From an uncultured Candidatus Saccharibacteria bacterium (GTDB lineage: Bacteria > Patescibacteriota > JABMPQ01 > JAQVVF01), in NCBI GenBank assembly GCA_964574655.1, contig CAZNOH010000004.1:66046-130045 (forward strand): 64,000 nt of DNA. Direction: 5' to 3'. Position numbers and translations under genes: made by a program. Below the pieces are notes generated by a model. That model saw only the letters and a program-made list of their open reading frames with translations, searched no databases and was not told the origin of the DNA. Shown piece after piece: positions 1 through 9,280 of the stretch (the first letter of the stretch is position 1; every line of letters starts with the position of its first letter).

Positions 1-20
1 GAAATTGTAAATTTAAAATT

Positions 21-878
21 TCAGTATTCCAGCATCTGTCCTTGGCTGTAGATATCTAAAAATGGCTGAGAATTATAAGGATTGACATAAGATTCAACGA
101 CTATCTTCGGATTTTTGACATTTAAATTTTTGCGCCAGAAAACTGTAAAATCTCTTCTTTGATTTGGGGTAAGGTCATTAATAGTTGTGAAATTATAACC
201 GACTAAACTGTTTTGTCCATCGTAAACTAGGACATTGATAATAATTTCATTAAAACCAAAAGATGTTTGATTGACAATCGTGCCAGTGACCTTGCTTTTA
301 TTGTCAATGACTTGATAGGCTAAATTTTCATTTACAAAATTCAAGACTGGCGGCTTGGTCAGTTTTTGGACTTCTTTTATTTCTAAATTTGTTGAAGCTG
401 TCGCTGCTTTTCCTGTAGTATCAATGCCAAGCTCAATAATTGATTTTTCTTGATTAGGCAAGATAAATGTTGTGCCAGCGCGTTCTCCGACAACGCTTTT
501 ATCCGAACCTTTCAAAGAAATCGTATAATCTAATTTTGCAACTCCCCAATTCTGATCAGAATCTACTACTTTAAGAAAGGCATCATATTTATTAGCACTT
601 TCTGGAAGAATATCAACTTGTTTGGTTGTAATTGCAAATCCAGCAGGAGGCGCATCAACAACGACCTGATTAACTGGTTGATTTTCGATAGGATTATAAT
701 AACGGTAAACAAGAAAACTAACAGTTGCTAAAACTGCGAGAACAACAACGACTATTATTGCAATCATTACCAGCTTCTGATATTTTAAGATCCTTCTTTT
801 TCGATCAAACTCCTTTGATACTTGTTGCTGTTCATATTTAATATAATCTTCACGCGATACTTGTTTTTTGTTGTCCAT
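21..878 (-). CDS. Membrane-anchored hypothetical protein with C-terminal FxLYD-like Ig-fold domain
   Basis: 285-aa ORF; single N-terminal TM segment; C-terminal 'VTGTIVNQT...NVLVYDGQNSLVG...L.P...RDF' pattern. Confidence 0.55.
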   Translation of the reverse strand: MDNKKQVSREDYIKYEQQQVSKEFDRKRRILKYQKLVMIAIIVVVVLAVLATVSFLVYRYYNPIENQPVNQVVVDAPPAGFAITTKQVDILPESANKYDAFLKVVDSDQNWGVAKLDYTISLKGSDKSVVGERAGTTFILPNQEKSIIELGIDTTGKAATASTNLEIKEVQKLTKPPVLNFVNENLAYQVIDNKSKVTGTIVNQTSFGFNEIIINVLVYDGQNSLVGYNFTTINDLTPNQRRDFTVFWRKNLNVKNPKIVVESYVNPYNSQPFLDIYSQGQMLEY

Positions 879-925
879 ATATTTGTTTTAATTTGTTTTA
901 CTATTTGAATTTATCATAAATAAAC

Positions 926-1022
926 TAAATTGTTAAATCACTATAATTGCTACATTGTTAAATTGATAAATTGTTAACAGTTTTAGACGCTTAACAATTT
1001 AGCAATGTAGCAATAGAACAAT
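926..1022. repeat. Empty periodic inverted repeat (8-nt units TAAATTGT / ACAATTTA)
   Basis: Left arm taaattgt..tacattgt-taaattga-taaattgt; right arm ttaacaat-ttagcaat-gtagcaat-agaacaat. Confidence 0.7.
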
Positions 1023-1111
1023 TGTGGTTATCAACACTTGTTGCCTACATTATTTAATGTTATTATAAAAATGATAATAAATATTTTTAAAAAAAATTAA
1101 CAATTAAAACC

Positions 1112-1417
1112 ATGTTAGAAACAAGCAACGATGTTTTGCTTATTGCATCAAGCATTGCGATTTTGACATTTACTGGATTTTTATGCCATCTGGTATTTAA
1201 TGTGACAAAGATTGTCCAAGAATCAAAAAAGACTGTTGAAGATGTCAACAAAAAATTAAACGAGATTGATCCAATGGTAAGAGATCTAACAACAACTGTG
1301 AATGGCCTGACAACTACGATTCAAGATATCAATAATAATATTCTAAAACCGATTGCTTCTATTTCTCAAGTTTTTAAAAAGGTCAAAAATATTATGGGAG
1401 CTTTCAAGAAAGAATAG
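1112..1417 (+). CDS. DUF948/YoxC-like (YtxG-type) membrane coiled-coil protein
   Basis: N-terminal TM then coiled-coil; upstream of a YtxH-like gene. Confidence 0.6.
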   Translation: MLETSNDVLLIASSIAILTFTGFLCHLVFNVTKIVQESKKTVEDVNKKLNEIDPMVRDLTTTVNGLTTTIQDINNNILKPIASISQVFKKVKNIMGAFKKE

Positions 1418-1426
1418 GAAAAAATA

Positions 1427-1878
1427 CTAAAATCTAAACTCTAAATCCTAAATAAATTCAAAATTTAAAATGACAAATCTTACAAAGTATGATTTGGAAG
1501 AAAGAACTTTGAATTTTGCTAAATCGACTAGAGATTTTGTCAAAAAGATACCTTTGACTATTACTAATATTGAGGACGGAAAACAATTAATCAGATCATC
1601 TGGCTCAGTAGGAGCTAATTATATTGAGGCAAACGAATCGTTAAGTAAAAAAGATTACTATCATCGGGTCAGAATCTGCCGCAAAGAAGCAAAAGAAAGT
1701 AAATATTGGTTAAAACTTTTATTTTTAGGTCAGGATTTATCATCGCAAAATGAAAGGGAAAGATTAATACAAGAATCTTTTAAATTAACTAGGATTTTTG
1801 GGGCAATTCTGACACAAGGAAAATAATATTTTAATTTTGAGTTTTTAATTTATTTAGGATTTAGAGTTTAGATTTTAG
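1427..1878. mobile_element. Inverted-repeat-bounded cassette carrying a four-helix-bundle gene
   Basis: Perfect 32-bp IR: 1427-1458 ctaaaatctaaactctaaatcctaaataaatt and its reverse complement at 1847-1878; 7-nt periodic. Confidence 0.75.
1470..1826 (+). CDS. Four helix bundle protein (23S rRNA IVP / Avd-like family)
   Basis: Motifs DLEERT..FA, QLIRSSGSVGANYIEA, ICRKEAKES.YWL. Confidence 0.9.
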   Translation: MTNLTKYDLEERTLNFAKSTRDFVKKIPLTITNIEDGKQLIRSSGSVGANYIEANESLSKKDYYHRVRICRKEAKESKYWLKLLFLGQDLSSQNERERLIQESFKLTRIFGAILTQGK

Positions 1879-1903
1879 AATTTATATAATTAACACAAAC
1901 ATT

Positions 1904-2203
1904 ATGTCATGCAATAATTGCAGTGGGGGCAGTTTTGTAGGAGGAATTATCTTGGGTGCAGTAATTGGTGCTGCATTAGGAATTTTATATGCGCCAAAAG
2001 CTGGAGAAGAAACAAGAGAAGACTTAAAGAAAAAAGCTAATGAATGGAAGACTGCTGGCTTAAAAAAAGCAGACGAATTAAAACAAGCTGGCATGAAAAA
2101 AGCGCAAGAAATTTCAGAGCAGACAAAAACAGGCGTTACAGAATTCAAAAGAAGAGCAAGACGCGTTGTTAAGGAAATAAAGAGTCCAGTAGAAAATGTC
2201 TAA
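1904..2203 (+). CDS. YtxH domain protein
   Basis: 'F..G...GAVIGAALGILYAPKAGEETREDL' signature. Confidence 0.9.
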   Translation: MSCNNCSGGSFVGGIILGAVIGAALGILYAPKAGEETREDLKKKANEWKTAGLKKADELKQAGMKKAQEISEQTKTGVTEFKRRARRVVKEIKSPVENV

Positions 2204-2231
2204 TTCTTTATTAATTTAGATAAAATTTTAA

Positions 2232-2265
2232 TCTACCTACGTCCCTCGGGACTCCGGTAGACAAG
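2232..2265 (-). repeat. CTTG-footed palindromic element (family A)
   Basis: Minus strand: cttg-tctacc-gga-gtccc-ga-gggac-gta-ggtaga. Confidence 0.8.
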
Positions 2266-2418
2266 AAGTTTGTGCTAATTCCTACAAGTCGTCTTAAAAA
2301 AGAGGTTCAGAAATTGTCCTAGTTTATGATATTAATCACAAACTTTTATTTGTAAATGTTTATTTTTGACATATTTTTGTGTTATAATTTAAATTAGTTA
2401 TTAAAATTAATTAATATA

Positions 2419-5304
2419 ATGGAAAACAAAAATAAAACTAATAATAATAAGAAAAAAAATATGAATAATGCAGAAACTAAAACAAAGGTTTCAAGCAGAT
2501 CCCGAGTTGTTGTCGGATTAGTCACTGCTCTAGTTGTTGCAACTGCAATAGGCTCAGCAATTTTCTTTGCCGGTGTTGTACCGCCTGCTGGATGCCAGAA
2601 ACAGGATGATGATACATACAAATGCGACTTTTCTGAAGCCTTTACTAATAATTCAAATATTGACAAAGACAAAACTGACGATTGGATGCAAATAGATGAG
2701 GGACATCTTGTTTTAAATCCCTCTGAACAAATTAAATTAAGAAAAGGACAGGAATTTTCAGATGACGATAAGCCAGCTCAGCAAATATGCGGAACTTTTT
2801 GCACTTTTGGAGAATGCACTGATCAAATTTCTATAGCGCAAATGAGCAGAATAGTATTAGGACCACTCAAAAAAAATAATCAAAATACACCTGATGCTTC
2901 CTTGAATTTTGTTGATGCGCGTTTAGGAAAAAATTCTAGCTTGCCTTATGAATTAAATACAGAGTTTTTTAGACCGAATGGAAATCCAAATGATATTGGC
3001 ATGGCAATATTTGATTCTTCTAATCCAGATTCAGCAATTGTTTATAACGACTTTTTTGGTTCAAGCAAACCTTCAATACTCCCAATTTCACCAGGTGGCA
3101 GAACTGAACTTCGAGCAAATACATGCGGTCAAACAAGAGAAACTTATTTTTTGCCTGTTGATTCAGAAGGTTTTTCTGATTTTAATCCAGTTAACCAAGC
3201 ATTTGATACTCGTTTTATACAAGGAGCTACTGTTTCAAAAGATGTTTCTACTAATTTAAACGATAAATATAATATTACATCTGCTGATTTTAATCCACAG
3301 ATTGCAAACTTAGATGGAGTCATTTTTGGCGCTCAAAAAATTAGAGGAATGGTTTTGATTCTTGCTTCAAACAATAACGGAAATACTTGGTATATACCTT
3401 CTGAATATTCAATTGACCAAGGCCAGACTTGGAAACAGGTTGGCAAAGAAGACTTTTTTATAGATAGGTTAGCTGATAAAAGATATAGATTTAATTTTAC
3501 AAACTCAGAAGGCCATAATTTAAAATGGGCTGCTGTTATACAATCTGATGATAATAATTTGCATGAACAAAGAGAAATAAACGCCGGAGATAGATTCGAA
3601 AATCTTGGTGGAATGCTTGAAGCTGGTGGAGGTGCAGATGATTTTGATATTGGAATGACAAACTCCGAAATATTTGACATAAACACAAATACGCATGTTA
3701 ATCCGATGACTGAAAAACAATTGATTGCTGGCGGTATTATGACTGCTGGACAAGCTGGAAACAAAACCTATTATTTTATGAATCGTGCTTATTGGCCAAA
3801 TTACAGCGATGCTGCGATTCAAGCGTCACAAAATTTTAATGAAAATAATGTAATAATTGAATCTTTGACTCCAGAAATAGTTCAGGTTTTTGATGCTTCA
3901 AAAGGGAATAAAACAATTGTTGGTGGTTCTGAAGATGGCGCGAACAATGATCAGTTTAATGTTGTAGATGTTGTCATTGGTGGAATTAAACCAGGTTATG
4001 GAAAATTAAAAGTAAGTTTTTTAGGGCCTGCTGGTGGTGATGCGCGAAGAATTATTTCAGAAAAGGAATTTGGATTTCTTGTCCTCCCTCAAGCTTATTT
4101 GAATCTTGATAAATTAGATATTTCTTATACAGCAGTGAAGACTGATGAAGTTCCTGACACTGGCGGAGATGTAAATGATCCAGGCGTACAAAATCAAGGA
4201 ATTGGCGCGTCAACTTATATTTACAGAGGTCATAATAGAGTAATTGTAAAATTAGCAGGAGCTAATGATGAAACAAAAAATCAATTAAAAAGCTCTTTTG
4301 ATGCCAAGACTTTGAAATTTAATTATGGAACTGACAAAAATAATTTAGATAAAACTGCTAAAGTATATTTTGATACTAAAGATTCAAAATATTATGCAGT
4401 ATTGAGAGATCTAAAAGGCGGAGAAAAAGATGGCTACAATAAAGACGGATTTAGTGACGGAAGAATGCAATATTATTATCAATTCAAGGCCGGAAATAGC
4501 GATATTTTTCTAGATGCAGAAAAACAGAATACTGTTGGCGATTTCAAAACATTAAATAGAAAAAGAACAGTCCTTTATTATTATAATTGGATCTTTGATC
4601 GGAAATATGATTTAAACAAAGATTATGCTTGGGCAGATGTCCAAGATGGCGGTGTAAATTTCTGGTATGACACAAATATCACTTTGCCTGGCATTAGATT
4701 CATGATGCTGAATGACAGAAGATACAAAGAATTTAATACTTATTTGAATAAGAAAAAAACAACAAAGAAATTAGTAGCCTGGCTATACAAAAAAGGCTTA
4801 GATAGAATCTATGATGACAATCTCTATAAATTTGCTGATGATAATGGCGTAAATTATTGGTATCGACAGATGACAAAGATTAGGAAAAAAGACAGAATTT
4901 CTAAAGAAGGCGCAAAGTTTGCAATTTCAGCAAGTACGGAAGCTCGAAATCAATTGCAAGAATTATTTAATTCTAAAAATGAAGCAAACGCAGAATTTTC
5001 TTATAATGTTGTTTTGAAACGTGGCGGTGATCAAGGCGGTGTTGATTATTTGATTGATACTTTCAAGGATTCTCAAAAAAGAATGCGTGAAGATTTGGCA
5101 AATAGTTTTGAATATAATAATAGATTAGAGACTATTGAAAAAGAAGGTGGCAGAAAATCAGCAATTGCCGAATTGTACGAAACATTATATGCAAGACCTG
5201 CTGATGTTTCTGGAGTTGATTATTGGGCAGAATCAAATCAAACAATTCCTCAAATCAAAGAAGATTTCTTGAAGAGCAATGAATTCATTAACGTCTTAAA
5301 ATAA
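2419..5304 (+). CDS. Large surface protein with N-terminal membrane anchor and C-terminal DUF4214-like repeats (S-layer-like)
   Basis: 961 aa; C-terminal 'YNVVLKRGGDQGGVDY', 'LYETLYARPADVSGVDYW...FLKSNEF'. Confidence 0.65.
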   Translation: MENKNKTNNNKKKNMNNAETKTKVSSRSRVVVGLVTALVVATAIGSAIFFAGVVPPAGCQKQDDDTYKCDFSEAFTNNSNIDKDKTDDWMQIDEGHLVLNPSEQIKLRKGQEFSDDDKPAQQICGTFCTFGECTDQISIAQMSRIVLGPLKKNNQNTPDASLNFVDARLGKNSSLPYELNTEFFRPNGNPNDIGMAIFDSSNPDSAIVYNDFFGSSKPSILPISPGGRTELRANTCGQTRETYFLPVDSEGFSDFNPVNQAFDTRFIQGATVSKDVSTNLNDKYNITSADFNPQIANLDGVIFGAQKIRGMVLILASNNNGNTWYIPSEYSIDQGQTWKQVGKEDFFIDRLADKRYRFNFTNSEGHNLKWAAVIQSDDNNLHEQREINAGDRFENLGGMLEAGGGADDFDIGMTNSEIFDINTNTHVNPMTEKQLIAGGIMTAGQAGNKTYYFMNRAYWPNYSDAAIQASQNFNENNVIIESLTPEIVQVFDASKGNKTIVGGSEDGANNDQFNVVDVVIGGIKPGYGKLKVSFLGPAGGDARRIISEKEFGFLVLPQAYLNLDKLDISYTAVKTDEVPDTGGDVNDPGVQNQGIGASTYIYRGHNRVIVKLAGANDETKNQLKSSFDAKTLKFNYGTDKNNLDKTAKVYFDTKDSKYYAVLRDLKGGEKDGYNKDGFSDGRMQYYYQFKAGNSDIFLDAEKQNTVGDFKTLNRKRTVLYYYNWIFDRKYDLNKDYAWADVQDGGVNFWYDTNITLPGIRFMMLNDRRYKEFNTYLNKKKTTKKLVAWLYKKGLDRIYDDNLYKFADDNGVNYWYRQMTKIRKKDRISKEGAKFAISASTEARNQLQELFNSKNEANAEFSYNVVLKRGGDQGGVDYLIDTFKDSQKRMREDLANSFEYNNRLETIEKEGGRKSAIAELYETLYARPADVSGVDYWAESNQTIPQIKEDFLKSNEFINVLK

Positions 5305-5311
5305 AAACAAA

Positions 5312-8122
5312 ATGACCCTAAAAAAGATTTCTAAAAACGGTCAGAACAATAAAAAGAAAAATATGAATAATCAAGGAAAATTAGCTACGCAAACGAAAAC
5401 AAGAAGCAAGACAAAAATAATAACTGGAATCGTTATTGCTGTATTAGTGATAGTTGGATTGGGAACGGCAATCTTTTTTGCTGTAAATCCTGCTCAGACA
5501 AAAATCATAAATTTTTCAGACGAATTTCAGAATGCTGATAATCTTGTTTTAGAAGACGGAATAGCGATAAATGCGGATCAAGCAAATCTTTATACATCAG
5601 ATGCGAATTTTAGGAGACAACTTATCAGCGAAGACACAAATTTTATTTGTCCTGGCGATTTGAAGGACAAGATTGCAACAATCGAGGTAACTGGCAAACA
5701 CGCATATTCTTCTGAAGAATTAAAGCCAGATTTAGAAAATGATGTGTACCGTGAAAAACTTGGCGTGAAAATTAATGGTCAAGAGATTAATACTGATTCA
5801 AATACTGCCGAAGATATTCAATTAGTTAATTATTTTCATAATTTTCCAAATGTAAAATGGTCTCATCTTTTGCGATGGCAATCAACAAATCCCAGCACAA
5901 TGCTTGTTTTGAATAATGGCACAATAATTCCGGTATCTAAAGGAGAAACAAACATAAAAGTGGCAATCTGTGGTATTGTCAGCGAAGAAGATTTCAGCAT
6001 AAATTTAGGAGCTGATGAGGCTGAAATGCTGGTATTCAACAACATTACAGCTCTTAGTGGAATCGGAACAGCAATAAGTCTTTTTCAGGATAAATTTACT
6101 AATCATATTCTTGTTTCAAAAGAAATAACTAGTTTAGACGATAAATTCCTAGTAGCGGATAATATGGCGATAAATAAAATAGAAGGCAAGCTTTATACTA
6201 ATTTTGATAATGGAAAAAATATAAAACTTTTGTTCAGTTTTGACAATGGAGATACTTGGACATTAATTGATAATTTGATACTGCATCAAGAACAGAATTT
6301 GCTTGCTCCAGAAAAATACTTAAGTTTTTCTCAAGATATCTCTCAGGAAAATGCTCGCCATCTTCGCTGGATGGTTATTTATGAATTTAATGAAAACATG
6401 GGCGAACTTAATGATCAGCTGGATACTTCCCCATTATTGAGTGTTTTACAAGGTCTTGTAACTCCGATTTCTGGAATAGAAGTTGCAGGACAAAATAAAA
6501 AAGCAATTTTTGTCGGACCAAACAACAGCACGCAATTAAATATTGGATTACCAGCGAATGAAATTGGTAATCGCGTAGTTGCCTATTCACATCATTTAAT
6601 TAGAAATACTTCTGGAGATGGGACGCAATTTCCAACATTATTAGCAAATAATCCTGGCATCACCAATTTCCAGCAAGGATATCCTTTGGGTTTGATTAAT
6701 TCTTTTGAAGCGGCGACGATTGTTGCATTGCCAGGCAATTTAGAAATTTTAAAAATAGATTTATCAGCAACAGCTGAAGCAAAAGCAGGATGCTCTGAAG
6801 GGCAAGAATTAGTAGCTGGCAAATGCACAATTCCTTTGCCTCCGAATGGAGGAGACGCTGAACAATGCAATGATGATTTTAGATGTCCAGAAGGACAGCT
6901 CAGGCAAAGTTGCTTGAAAGAATGCTTGGGGCCGGAACCGTTGATTTGCAACAAAAGTGAAATTTTGATCAAAGATAATTGCCAGAGTGTCTTGCATAGT
7001 GAAACTGATTCTGCTCTAATGGTAAATCCAAGAATTATATACAGAGGAGACGACAGAGTTATCATATTTTGGAAAGTTGGCAAAGATGAATATAAAAACA
7101 AAGAATTACAGTTTAAATATGGAACATTTGATCCAAATAATTTGCAAAAAGATGCGGATAACAAAGTTATTTTGGAAGATTTCAATAATGCAACAGTTCA
7201 TTATAATGAAGAAGAAGACTACTATTATGCAGTCTTAAAAAATCTGAAAGGCGGAGAATTAGTTGATAAAAATGATGCTGGCTTTATAGATGGCCGAAAA
7301 CCTTATGCATTTCAAATCAGCTTAGGAGAAAATTATGCCCGACCAACAGCATTTAAAACTTTAAACAGATTTCAGACAATTCTTTACTATTATAATCTGG
7401 TATTGAGCGAGAATTTTAATTTAGAAAATTATGAACAGGTTGATGATTCGTTAAGAGGAGGCGGTTCTGCATTCTATTATAAGCCTGAAGGGCAAGAGCC
7501 TCTGAGCTTGAGAGGCGTGCATTTTACATTGCTAAATGACAGACAATACGAGGAGTTTAATAACCGAATCAGTGCAACAGCAAAGAAATACGGCAATAAA
7601 AAAACAGTGGAAGAATTATACAAACGTGTTCATGACAGAATTTATGATGATAATTTGGGCATGACTTTTGATAAAGCAGGCGTTGATTATTGGACTAAAC
7701 AAGTTGAAAGAAAAGATGATAACAGAATTGATATTTTGGGCGCGAAATTTGCAATTTCGGTCAGTCCTGAGGCAACTGGTGATATTTCAAAAATGGCGTT
7801 GAATGAACAAAAAGTAGCAAAAGCTGACTTATCCTATGAAGTTGTGCTAAGACGCGGTGGTGATCAAAAAGGCATTGAAAATCTAATGACGCTAGCAAAT
7901 ACAAAAGAAATGAGACAAAAGCTGGCGATGAGCAGAGAATACGATGATCGATTAAATTCTATCAGTGACAGAAGAGCGCAAATTGAAGAATTATACGAAA
8001 CTTTATATGCCAGAGCTGCTGATGTCGCTGGAGTGGATTATTGGGATAATACTGGAGAGTCAATACAAGAGATAAAGCGAGAATTCTTAAACAGCGCAGA
8101 CTTTTCTAGGATAACACAATAA
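5312..8122 (+). CDS. Paralogous large surface protein with Cys-rich linker and DUF4214-like C-terminus
   Basis: 936 aa; C-terminal ~370 aa aligns by eye with the upstream gene (YAVL.NLKGGE, FKTLNR, RGGDQ.G, LYETLYAR.ADV.GVDYW). Confidence 0.65.
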   Translation: MTLKKISKNGQNNKKKNMNNQGKLATQTKTRSKTKIITGIVIAVLVIVGLGTAIFFAVNPAQTKIINFSDEFQNADNLVLEDGIAINADQANLYTSDANFRRQLISEDTNFICPGDLKDKIATIEVTGKHAYSSEELKPDLENDVYREKLGVKINGQEINTDSNTAEDIQLVNYFHNFPNVKWSHLLRWQSTNPSTMLVLNNGTIIPVSKGETNIKVAICGIVSEEDFSINLGADEAEMLVFNNITALSGIGTAISLFQDKFTNHILVSKEITSLDDKFLVADNMAINKIEGKLYTNFDNGKNIKLLFSFDNGDTWTLIDNLILHQEQNLLAPEKYLSFSQDISQENARHLRWMVIYEFNENMGELNDQLDTSPLLSVLQGLVTPISGIEVAGQNKKAIFVGPNNSTQLNIGLPANEIGNRVVAYSHHLIRNTSGDGTQFPTLLANNPGITNFQQGYPLGLINSFEAATIVALPGNLEILKIDLSATAEAKAGCSEGQELVAGKCTIPLPPNGGDAEQCNDDFRCPEGQLRQSCLKECLGPEPLICNKSEILIKDNCQSVLHSETDSALMVNPRIIYRGDDRVIIFWKVGKDEYKNKELQFKYGTFDPNNLQKDADNKVILEDFNNATVHYNEEEDYYYAVLKNLKGGELVDKNDAGFIDGRKPYAFQISLGENYARPTAFKTLNRFQTILYYYNLVLSENFNLENYEQVDDSLRGGGSAFYYKPEGQEPLSLRGVHFTLLNDRQYEEFNNRISATAKKYGNKKTVEELYKRVHDRIYDDNLGMTFDKAGVDYWTKQVERKDDNRIDILGAKFAISVSPEATGDISKMALNEQKVAKADLSYEVVLRRGGDQKGIENLMTLANTKEMRQKLAMSREYDDRLNSISDRRAQIEELYETLYARAADVAGVDYWDNTGESIQEIKREFLNSADFSRITQ

Positions 8123-8128
8123 GATTTT

Positions 8129-8162
8129 AAAAAAGCGGATCTTCATGATCCGCTTTTTTTTT
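8129..8162. terminator. Intrinsic terminator (bidirectional-type)
   Basis: aaaaaagcggatc-ttcat-gatccgcttttttttt. Confidence 0.8.
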
Positions 8163-8227
8163 GTTTGAATTTGGCTTTGTTTTATTATATAATGATTTGA
8201 AGGATATTATTGTATTTAAAGCTAAAA

Positions 8228-8833
8228 ATGGCAGAAAAAAATAAAGAATTATCATGGGAAAGAGTGGAAAAATATCTGGCTGAAAAAACTGATACTGGAA
8301 ATATGATGGCACTGATTGAAACAGAAAAGCTTTTTAAAGATGCAGTAGCTGATTTTGATTTACCAGGCGATGACTTAGAAAGGCAGATAACTGCTCTAAG
8401 CTTTGTTTTTACAGATATAAGCGATTTGCATAAAACAAGATCTTTATGCAAAAAAATAACTGAAAAAACAAATTTTTCGCTGACAAAGATTGAAACAATT
8501 CGTAATCTAGAAATTTATTATCAAGCAATATCGGATCTAAAAGATTTTAGAAAGAAAAAAATATCTTCGTTCAAAAAAATAAAGATGTACTTACAAACTT
8601 TCTTGCCACAGCCAAAGATTTTTATTAGAAAATTCGTTTTAATTTTTTTGATCTTTTTTCTAGCCATTTTTTTATTAGATGCAACAAGCTTCGGAAGAAT
8701 GGTTGTTGATCTTTTTGTCTCGTTATCTCATTTAATTTTCAGCTGGGTATTATTTATTATTCTATTAATTGCTGGCATTGCAATATTAGTTGTTGGAACT
8801 ATATATTATTTTCAAGGCAGGAGAAATCACTAA
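8228..8833 (+). CDS. Hypothetical membrane protein (two C-terminal TM helices)
   Basis: ORF 8210-8833; ATG at 8228 preferred. Confidence 0.6.
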   Translation: MAEKNKELSWERVEKYLAEKTDTGNMMALIETEKLFKDAVADFDLPGDDLERQITALSFVFTDISDLHKTRSLCKKITEKTNFSLTKIETIRNLEIYYQAISDLKDFRKKKISSFKKIKMYLQTFLPQPKIFIRKFVLIFLIFFLAIFLLDATSFGRMVVDLFVSLSHLIFSWVLFIILLIAGIAILVVGTIYYFQGRRNH

Positions 8834-9279
8834 TATGCACAAATTTCCCACAAATTCCACAAACATGGATAGAGTTCTCTTCCCTCAATTAAGTTACCAA
8901 ATTATGGGGATTTTATTTGAAATAAATAGTAAATTGGGGACTAAATACAAAGAAATAAATTATGGCAATGCTTTAGAAATCAAATTAAAACATCTTAAAA
9001 TTCCGTACGAAAGGGAGAAGCCAGTTAAGGTTTATTTTGAAAACGAAAAGTTAGGTGATTTCTATTTAGACTTTGTAATAAATAATCAAATAATCGTTGA
9101 GTTAAAAAAAGTTTGGTCAATATCTTTTGATGATATTAAACAAGTCCTGCGTTATTTAGAAGCAACAAATTTAAAGTTAGCAATAATAGCAAATTTTAAA
9201 CACAAAAGTTTACAATACAGAAGAGTTTCGCGATAAATTGTTTGTGCAATTTGTGATTAATTTGTGTTAATTCGCGATT
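8826..9279. mobile_element. Imperfect periodic inverted-repeat cassette carrying a GxxExxY gene
   Basis: Left arm aatc..cacaaatt.ccacaaattccacaaac (8826-8864); right arm gtttgtgcaatttgtgattaatttgtg..gatt (9240-9279). Confidence 0.65.
8835..9236 (+). CDS. GxxExxY protein (PD-(D/E)XK nuclease fold)
   Basis: 'LGTKYKEINY', 'DFVINNQIIVELK', 'Q...YL' motifs; start 8835 or 8865. Confidence 0.9.
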   Translation: MHKFPTNSTNMDRVLFPQLSYQIMGILFEINSKLGTKYKEINYGNALEIKLKHLKIPYEREKPVKVYFENEKLGDFYLDFVINNQIIVELKKVWSISFDDIKQVLRYLEATNLKLAIIANFKHKSLQYRRVSR

Positions 9280-9280
9280 T

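Noticed and set aside
1470-1826. Diversity-generating retroelement (Avd-like gene near variable paralog arrays)
   Set aside because: No reverse transcriptase in the window and no TR/VR pair with adenine-specific mismatches was seen.
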